From NCBI GenBank assembly GCA_965221695.1, contig OZ244905.1, positions 2,336,001 through 2,400,000 of the forward strand: 64,000 nt of DNA. Reading direction: 5' to 3'. The notes beneath the pieces were generated by a model. The model saw nothing but the letters and a program-made list of their open reading frames with translations, was not told where the DNA came from and ran no database searches. The position numbers and the translations under genes are program-made. Source of the stretch: Gammaproteobacteria bacterium. Its GTDB lineage: Bacteria; Pseudomonadota; Gammaproteobacteria; Eutrophobiales; Eutrophobiaceae. The first letter of the stretch is position 1, and each line of letters begins with the position of its first letter. Of this stretch, positions 57,360 to 64,000 are shown one piece after another.

Positions 57360-58507
57360 TTTCGGTTTTGATTCAGCAGTTTGATGTGGTCTCTGAGCCG
57401 GATAAGGAAACTGCCTGCCGGAATGGTTTCAGACGCGACCAGCGGCATGATTGCAATAACCTCTTCATCCAGCGACAGCTCCAGTTGCCCCAGTTTCTGC
57501 CCTGCTTCAATCGGCGCAGTCGGGTTTTCCTCAACCGTCATTACCGTCTCAATTCGGTCGTAGTGTGCCTTGGCCATGGTCATTACCAGCTCTTCTTCCA
57601 CCACGAGTTCCAGGCTGTCGCGTTCCCCTTTCCATACTTTTATGTCCGTTACCTTCTCGCCGGCGCGGTAGAGTGTCCTGGTTTCAAAATACCTGTAGGC
57701 ATAACTCAGCAATGCTTGCGTGGCCTTGGTCCTGGCAGCCTCGCCGGATGTTCCCATGACTACCGAGACCAGGCGTACTCCATCCCGCAGCGCCGAGGCT
57801 ACCAGGCAGTAACCTGCGCTTTCGGTATGGCCGGTCTTTATCCCGTCCACGCTCGCATCATTCCACAACAGGCTGTTCCGGTTCGGTTGTTTTATATTGT
57901 TGTAGGTGAATTCCTTTATCGAATGCAGCGCATAGACCTCAGGATAATCCCTGATCAGGGCACGCGCCAGAATCCCCAGGTCCCCGGCCGTCGTATAATG
58001 ATTTTCGTCAGGCCAGCCGGAACTGTTCACGTAATGGCTGTGCTTCATCCCCAGCTCGGCCGCGTATTGGTTCATCAGGTCGGCGAAAGCCTCTTCAGTA
58101 CCGGAAATGTGCTCCGCCAATGCCACGCTGGCATCATTGCCGGATTGGATTATCACGCCTTTCAACAGGTCTTCGACACTGACCTGCTTCCCTGCCTCAA
58201 TGAACATGCGCGATCCTCCCATGCGCCATGCCCGCTCACTGACGGTTACCTGGTCGGTCATCGAGATATGGCCGCCGGAGATTTGGCTGGCTGCCACGAA
58301 GGCGGTCATGATCTTCGTGAGGCTGGCGGGGTCTACCCTGCGGTCTGTATTTTTTTCGGCCAGGTAAGACCCGGTGTCCGCGTCCATGATCAAGTAGGAG
58401 ACAGCTTCGATCTCCGGTGGCGGCGGCACGACTGTGACAGCAGCGGAGGGACTTATCAGGCTGATACCGACAAGCAGGGCAAGCAGTTTAACTCTGAGGT
58501 AATTCAT
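57356..58507 (-). CDS. dacA: D-alanyl-D-alanine carboxypeptidase (PBP5/6)
   Basis: PASLTK (SxxK), SGN and KTG motifs. Confidence 0.92.
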   Translation of the reverse strand: MNYLRVKLLALLVGISLISPSAAVTVVPPPPEIEAVSYLIMDADTGSYLAEKNTDRRVDPASLTKIMTAFVAASQISGGHISMTDQVTVSERAWRMGGSRMFIEAGKQVSVEDLLKGVIIQSGNDASVALAEHISGTEEAFADLMNQYAAELGMKHSHYVNSSGWPDENHYTTAGDLGILARALIRDYPEVYALHSIKEFTYNNIKQPNRNSLLWNDASVDGIKTGHTESAGYCLVASALRDGVRLVSVVMGTSGEAARTKATQALLSYAYRYFETRTLYRAGEKVTDIKVWKGERDSLELVVEEELVMTMAKAHYDRIETVMTVEENPTAPIEAGQKLGQLELSLDEEVIAIMPLVASETIPAGSFLIRLRDHIKLLNQNRN

Positions 58508-58545
58508 AATGTCATGTTATACAAGCAGATAAAGGTACAGGTGGA

Positions 58546-59388
58546 TCATTCCAGCAGGATACGGTGATCGTGGATATCAAACAGTTCCAAGCGGCCGACA
58601 ATACCGTCGGCAATATCGATATCAGTCATCGGGCCGATTATAACCCGAAACGCGGCAGCGCCATTTAACGTGGTTTCGTCTATCCTGACCGGGGCTTCCA
58701 GTCCCTGCAGCCTGGTTTTCAGGTTTCTGGCATTATTGTAGTCGGAAAAGACGCCTACCTGTATGTAAAAATCCAATGGCTTGCGTTGTTCCCGGGACCG
58801 GGTCACAACGGGAGCGCCTCCCGTTTTATGTGCACGCGGATTGATAGCGCTGATTTCCACCAGGGCCGTTCCTTTCGCAATCATATCCAGCTTCAGCGCG
58901 GCCGTATAGGATAAGTCAACCACGCGGTTGTCGTGGAACGGACCCCGGTCATTGACCCGGACAATGATTTTTCTGCCGTTCTCCAGGTTTTTTACTTCCA
59001 GGTAAGTAGGCAGGGGCAATGTCTTGTGGGCCGCGGTCATTGCGTACATGTCGTAAATCTCGCCACTGGAGGTCTTTTTCCCATGGAATTTCGGCCCGTA
59101 CCATGAAGCGATGCCTTTTTGGGTAAATCCATCACTGCTGTCCAACACGTAATACCTTTTCCCGAACACTTCATAGGTTTTCATGTTGCCGGATGCGCTT
59201 CTCGGTTCAACCTTGGGTACGGCATCAGGGATTTTCACCAATTCCGCCGGCGTCCGTGTTGCGCCGGTATCTTTTTGGGGTGCAGTGGAACAGGCTGAAA
59301 TGACTGCGAGTAGCGAAATCAGTGTGACGATTTTTGTCACAGAGATCACACACTGGGTCGGAAAATTTGTTAAAGTGGCTTTACTCAC
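58546..59388 (-). CDS. rlpA: Septal ring lytic transglycosylase RlpA
   Basis: Lipobox ISAC, ASWYG, AAHKTLP, RVNDRGPF and a C-terminal SPOR domain. Confidence 0.94.
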   Translation of the reverse strand: MSKATLTNFPTQCVISVTKIVTLISLLAVISACSTAPQKDTGATRTPAELVKIPDAVPKVEPRSASGNMKTYEVFGKRYYVLDSSDGFTQKGIASWYGPKFHGKKTSSGEIYDMYAMTAAHKTLPLPTYLEVKNLENGRKIIVRVNDRGPFHDNRVVDLSYTAALKLDMIAKGTALVEISAINPRAHKTGGAPVVTRSREQRKPLDFYIQVGVFSDYNNARNLKTRLQGLEAPVRIDETTLNGAAAFRVIIGPMTDIDIADGIVGRLELFDIHDHRILLE

Positions 59389-60365
59389 GCGCCGGCCTGG
59401 TATTGCATCCTGATTGCCTCCGCCAACTGGAAAACTGCCATTGCATACAGTGCGCTGTGGTTATATCTCGTAATCACGTAGAAGTTATGCAGCGCCAGCC
59501 AGTACTCGTATCCGTCCCGGTTTTCAAGCTCGAGCAATTTTACCGGTTCTGAAGCCTCGATTTCAGTCTCGGCAGTGACGCCGGCCTCAATCATGTCCGC
59601 CATCACCAGTTTCGGCTCAAGACCGTCGGTCAGCAATGCGGAAATATCGCTGTCGGGTACGTTTACAGGACGGGTTATTTCAGCATCTTTCTTCCATCCA
59701 TGTTCCAGGAGGTAATTGCCGACACTGCCGATTGCGTCCGCCGGGTTGTCCCAGATATCTGTGAGGCCGTCCCCGTCGAAATCAACCGCATAGGCCCGGT
59801 AGCTGCTCGGCATGAATTGCGGGATACCCATTGCCCCGGCATAGGAACCCGACAACCTGTGCGGGTCGATTGATTGTTCCCGGACAAGCAATAAAAAATG
59901 TTTCAGTTCCGAAGTAAAAAACCTGCTCCGTTTCGGATAATCAAACGCCAGGGTCGAAAGTGAATCGATAACCTTGAAACCGCCTGTAATACGCCCGTAT
60001 TTTGTCTCGACTCCTATAATCGCAACCAGAATTTCTATCGGAATACCGTATTTTTCCGCGGCGCGCTCAAGCTCTGCGGCATTACTGCGCCAGAATTCCG
60101 CGCCGCCCCGTATGCGTCCGGGTTTGATGAATATCGCCCTGTAACGGCGCCATGGAAGCGCTTCGGCCGGCCTGGTCATCGCGGCAATGACTTTTTCCGA
60201 TAGCTCGACCCTGCCGAGGATGTTATTCAGCTCTTCGGCGTCATACATGTGTTCCGTAACCATTTCGTTGATAAATGACGCAACGTCCGGACGTTGCAGC
60301 AGGTCTGCCCTGACATCGGCGAGAGTGAAGAACATCAGTCCGATAATAACCGGCGAGTATTTCAT
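59385..60365 (-). CDS. mltB: Lytic murein transglycosylase B
   Basis: IIGVETKYG, GSYAGAMGIPQFMPSSY and ITRYN. Confidence 0.94.
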   Translation of the reverse strand: MKYSPVIIGLMFFTLADVRADLLQRPDVASFINEMVTEHMYDAEELNNILGRVELSEKVIAAMTRPAEALPWRRYRAIFIKPGRIRGGAEFWRSNAAELERAAEKYGIPIEILVAIIGVETKYGRITGGFKVIDSLSTLAFDYPKRSRFFTSELKHFLLLVREQSIDPHRLSGSYAGAMGIPQFMPSSYRAYAVDFDGDGLTDIWDNPADAIGSVGNYLLEHGWKKDAEITRPVNVPDSDISALLTDGLEPKLVMADMIEAGVTAETEIEASEPVKLLELENRDGYEYWLALHNFYVITRYNHSALYAMAVFQLAEAIRMQYQAGA

Positions 60366-60366
60366 A

Positions 60367-61458
60367 TTAATTCGACAGCAGTCTTCTGTGAGTGTGAACA
60401 GCCATGAGGATACCGAAACCTGCCATGATAGTCATCATCGATGTGCCGCCATGGCTGATAAGCGGCAACGGTATGCCCACTACGGGCAATTGTCCCGACA
60501 CCATACCCATATTCACGGCGATATAAACAAAAAAACCGGCTATCACACCCACACCGAGCAGCTTTCCGTACAAGTGCTGAGATTGCACGGAAATATACAG
60601 TCCCCGGGCAATAATGAACAGATACAGGCTGACCAGGACCAGCACCCCGATCAACCCGAATTCCTCGCAAAATACCGCGAAAATGAAATCGGTCGATCTT
60701 TCCGGCAGGAATTCGAGGTGAGACTGGGTTCCGTTGAGCCAGCCTTTGCCATATAGCCCCCCCGAGCCGATTGCGATCTTGGATTGTATGATGTGGTAGC
60801 CGGAACCGAGCGGGTCCTGTTCCGGGTCCAGGAATGTCAACACCCGTGTTTTCTGGTAATCGTGCATCAGGTTCCATATCACCGGCGCCGAGGAGACGGC
60901 TGCCACCGCAAACCCTGCCAGGAGTTTCCAGCTTATGCCGGCGATGAACAGGACGGCAAAGCCGCTGACGGCTATCAGCAAGGCCGTGCCGAGATCCGGT
61001 TGTTTCGCCACCAGGAGTACGGGAGCGCTGATGAACAACAATACAATAAACACTCTTGTGACAGTGGGGGGTGGCGGCGTCATGCTGAGATACAGGGCAA
61101 TCACCATGGGCAGCGCCAGTTTCATCAATTCCGACGGTTGAAAACGAAACGGGCCGAAGCCGAGCCAGCGCTGCGCCCCTTTGCCCATTTCGCCAAAGAA
61201 CAGGACCAGCGCCAGCAGGCCGAGACTGACAAGATAGAACCAAAGCGAGGCCCCCGACAAGCGCGCAGGCGGAATTTGGGCAATCGCGAACATGACCACC
61301 AAGGCCGTCACCAGGTGCACTGAACGGCGAATCATCATATCCATATTCTGGTTGCTGGCGCTGTACAGTACCACGTAACCGATCAGGCTCAACGCGATGA
61401 TTCCCAGCAACAAAGGCGTGTCAATGTGTAATCTTTGCGCCAGGGATTCCTGTTTCAT
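60367..61458 (-). CDS. rodA: Rod shape-determining protein RodA
   Basis: GAQRW, QPSE, QPDLGT, PERSTDFIF and PVVGIPLPLISHGG. Confidence 0.96.
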   Translation of the reverse strand: MKQESLAQRLHIDTPLLLGIIALSLIGYVVLYSASNQNMDMMIRRSVHLVTALVVMFAIAQIPPARLSGASLWFYLVSLGLLALVLFFGEMGKGAQRWLGFGPFRFQPSELMKLALPMVIALYLSMTPPPPTVTRVFIVLLFISAPVLLVAKQPDLGTALLIAVSGFAVLFIAGISWKLLAGFAVAAVSSAPVIWNLMHDYQKTRVLTFLDPEQDPLGSGYHIIQSKIAIGSGGLYGKGWLNGTQSHLEFLPERSTDFIFAVFCEEFGLIGVLVLVSLYLFIIARGLYISVQSQHLYGKLLGVGVIAGFFVYIAVNMGMVSGQLPVVGIPLPLISHGGTSMMTIMAGFGILMAVHTHRRLLSN

Positions 61459-63317
61459 CCGGCGCTTGCCCTTTTTTTCCCGTGAAAATAATGATCCAGC
61501 AATTCCCTGGCTATCGGGGCCGCAGTTGTTGAACCGCTGCCGCCGTTTTCAACGATGACGGCCATCGCTATCTCGGGCGCCTGGACCGGCGCAAATGCAA
61601 TAAACAGGGCATGATCACGAAATTCCTCGGGAATTTCATCCTCATCATACTCTTCATCCTGCCCGATGTTGATGACCTGGGCCGTGCCGGTCTTTCCCGC
61701 AATGTAATACTCTGCGCCCGCGCCGGCGGCGCGCGCCGTCCCTTTTTCTCCATGTAAAACCTCCTCCATCGAATGTATGATCACGTCCCAGTTTTCAGGG
61801 TCGGCAAATACGGTTTGTTTGCCTGCCTGTTCAGGCGCCCTGATTACCAGTTGTCCGGTGGCTGAATCCCTTACTTCCGCCAGCAGGTATGGGCGAACCT
61901 GTCTGCCGCGGTTTGCGACGATTGCTGTGGCCGTGACCAACTGTATCGGTGTGACCAGGGTAGCGCCTTGTCCTATCCCGGTTATCAGGGTTTCCCCGGG
62001 GAACCAGGTTTGACCCTGGGCCTCACGCTTCCATTGGGCTGACGGAATCAAGCCTGCGGCCTCGCCGCCGATATCGATGCCAGTCGGTTTGCCGAAACCG
62101 AAACCCATCAATGTCCGGTGGAGATCGTCGATTCCCATGTCGTGGGCCAGGATATAAAAATACACATCACAGGACTGGGCGATGGCATTGACCACATCGA
62201 TATGGCCGTGCCCCTCTCTCTTCCAGTCCCGGTAACGGCGGGTACTGCCTTTCAACGAATACCAACCAGGACACCAGGTCTCGTTATCAGGCTCGCGCAA
62301 CTGTAAATTCAGGCCGCCCAGGGCCAGCATGGGTTTTATCGTAGAACCGGGTGGATATTTGCCTTGCAAGGCCCGGTTCAACAACGGGGTGTCTTTTGAT
62401 TGCAGCAACCTGCGAAAAACAGTTCTGTCGATACCGTCTATAAAGAGGTTGGGATCGTAACCGGGGGAACTGGCGGAAGCCAGCACTGCCCCGCTGCGCG
62501 CATCCATCGCGACTATCGCGCCCCGTCTGCCGCTAAGGGCTTGCATGGCAAGGATTTGCAGTGAGGCATCAATGGTAAGGTGCAGGTTTTTACTCGGTTC
62601 CGGATGTTCCTTGTGAATTTCGCGAATTTTTCTTCCCTGTGCGTTGACCTCCACCTGTTGGTAGCCCACATGGCCATGCAACAGGTCTTCGTAGGCTTTC
62701 TCGATTCCCGATTTGCCGATATAGGTTGTACCGCGGTAGTTCGATTTGTTCAGTTGCTCGAATTCATCCTCATCTATCATTCCTACATAGCCTAGCGTGT
62801 GCGACAGACTTTCCGCCAGGGGGTAATGCCGGCTTGAACTCGCGACAATATCGATGCCGGGAAGCAGGTGACGATTTACTGAAATCAGCGCGACCTCCTC
62901 ATCACTCAAGTTGAGCCTGAGGGGAATCCCTTCAAAGCGGCGGCTTCTTTTCCGTAATTCACCGAAACGTTGAATGTCATCCGGCATGATGGTGATAAGT
63001 TGTTTTACCTGACCGATAACTGCCTCCAAATCCGAGACTTTTTCAGGCGCCAACTCCAGTGTGAACGAAGGGCGATTATCCGCCAGCAAAACGCCGTCAC
63101 TACTGTAAATCAGACCTCGGGAAGGCGCCACGGGCAAGATTTTAATATGGTTGCTCTTAGACAAGGTTGTGAAATGCTCATGTCTCACAACTTGGAGATA
63201 GAAAATCTGGTACAGGATCAGCAAAGTGACTGCCAGGATCAAGACCGTTGTCAAGTAGATTCTGGTATGGATCAGATTGGTTTTCCAGCCAGGATCAATG
63301 TTCGTATCAATTAACAT
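61455..63317 (-). CDS. mrdA: Penicillin-binding protein 2
   Basis: PPGSTIKP, SCDVYFY, GKTGTAQV and DHALF. Confidence 0.95.
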   Translation of the reverse strand: MLIDTNIDPGWKTNLIHTRIYLTTVLILAVTLLILYQIFYLQVVRHEHFTTLSKSNHIKILPVAPSRGLIYSSDGVLLADNRPSFTLELAPEKVSDLEAVIGQVKQLITIMPDDIQRFGELRKRSRRFEGIPLRLNLSDEEVALISVNRHLLPGIDIVASSSRHYPLAESLSHTLGYVGMIDEDEFEQLNKSNYRGTTYIGKSGIEKAYEDLLHGHVGYQQVEVNAQGRKIREIHKEHPEPSKNLHLTIDASLQILAMQALSGRRGAIVAMDARSGAVLASASSPGYDPNLFIDGIDRTVFRRLLQSKDTPLLNRALQGKYPPGSTIKPMLALGGLNLQLREPDNETWCPGWYSLKGSTRRYRDWKREGHGHIDVVNAIAQSCDVYFYILAHDMGIDDLHRTLMGFGFGKPTGIDIGGEAAGLIPSAQWKREAQGQTWFPGETLITGIGQGATLVTPIQLVTATAIVANRGRQVRPYLLAEVRDSATGQLVIRAPEQAGKQTVFADPENWDVIIHSMEEVLHGEKGTARAAGAGAEYYIAGKTGTAQVINIGQDEEYDEDEIPEEFRDHALFIAFAPVQAPEIAMAVIVENGGSGSTTAAPIARELLDHYFHGKKRASAG

Positions 63318-63407
63318 TGTATGAATTCAGAGCGGTTCCGACGAGCTGATATGTGTTTTTTTGATACCAGGGAACTGGTGAGAAATGCGGGTTAATTATT
63401 TTCCGGG

Positions 63408-63899
63408 TTAAAAGACATTATATCTGTGCCTGATGCGGTTCATCAGATAGAAAAAAAACGGCCACAACAACACGGAGCTGACAACCGGCGCCCAGAATAA
63501 CCAGCTCTGCGGAGGCACACCCATTATGCCGCGGATCCACAAGTTAATGAATTGTAACAGCAGGAGGAACATACAGATGAGGATTGTATGCTGTAGCGGC
63601 GGGAACGCCCTGATTTGCTTTTGCAGCCGCAACGTGAGGTAAGCAATCAGCGACAGCGCCAGGGCATTCTGGCCCAGCAGCGCGCCGGCATGCGCGTCCA
63701 ATATCAGACCTAGCAACCAGGCAATTCCGACGCCGATCCGTTCAGGCAGGACCATGCACCAGAAGATTAGCATCAGGGCTAACCAGGCCGGGCGCCAGTC
63801 AGTCAGCGCCCCGGGGAGTGGTATAGTGGTCAGCAGCAAGGCGATAAGGAAACTCAGCAGGATCACCCACCCGCCGTGGTGTCTGATAAACGGATTCAA
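63408..63899 (-). CDS. mreD: Rod shape-determining protein MreD
   Basis: RPAW...FWC..LP, GLILD...GALLG and hydrophobic segments; upstream of mrdA. Confidence 0.92.
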   Translation of the reverse strand: MNPFIRHHGGWVILLSFLIALLLTTIPLPGALTDWRPAWLALMLIFWCMVLPERIGVGIAWLLGLILDAHAGALLGQNALALSLIAYLTLRLQKQIRAFPPLQHTILICMFLLLLQFINLWIRGIMGVPPQSWLFWAPVVSSVLLWPFFFYLMNRIRHRYNVF

Positions 63900-64000
63900 T
63901 GTTTCAACGCCACATCAGAAGACGCGTCTTCTGGCTGGTCCGGCCACAGCAACAATGCTTCCCGGGTAACGCCGAACTTTGCGCTTGGGGTCACTTGTAC
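63896..64000 (-). CDS. mreC: C-terminal end of MreC (truncated by the window edge)
   Basis: Own translation VQVTPSAKFGVTREALLLWP...KH-stop overlaps the mreD start, at the position expected for mreC. Confidence 0.75.
   Translation of the reverse strand, partial: VQVTPSAKFGVTREALLLWPDQPEDASSDVALKH

Noticed and set aside
57368-58567. 399-aa plus-strand ORF (similarly 27641-28675 and 11472-12470)
   Set aside because: These are antisense shadows of well-supported genes (dacA, MBL hydrolase, pilQ), common in GC-rich DNA.
56505-64000. Cell-wall operon as a novelty
   Set aside because: mreCD-mrdA-rodA-mltB-rlpA-dacA-dat is a familiar housekeeping arrangement.

Overview
Chromosomal 64 kb window from a GC-rich, probably marine or host-associated gammaproteobacterium (inferred from gene content and order). 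It begins with the tail of an autotransporter-like beta-barrel gene, a 125-bp REP-like tandem array, a lipoprotein arylsulfatase/amidohydrolase pair and a COG1373-type ATPase. Next is the most notable feature: a ~17 kb minus-strand operon (6963-24226) joining a reduced type IV secretion core (virB4-B5-B6-B8-B9-B10) to a type IVb pilus cluster (pilL-N-O-P-Q-R-S, two more pilin-like genes and a Cys-repeat adhesin). No virB1/B2/B3/B7/B11, virD4, relaxase, integrase or prepilin peptidase is present in the window, and the pilin-like proteins lack a class III leader. After housekeeping genes (nnrU, thpR, pncC, tadA) comes a more AT-rich catabolic island with three Rieske oxygenases, a TonB-dependent receptor, two MFS transporters and a taurine-type module (xsc, tauR, omega-aminotransferase, pta, citrate synthase). 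This is followed by orphan mauED and a hydroquinone-degradation cluster with two unrelated ring-cleavage dioxygenases. The window ends with the mreCD-mrdA-rodA-mltB-rlpA-dacA-dat cell-wall operon. All calls come from motif recognition by eye; no searches were run.
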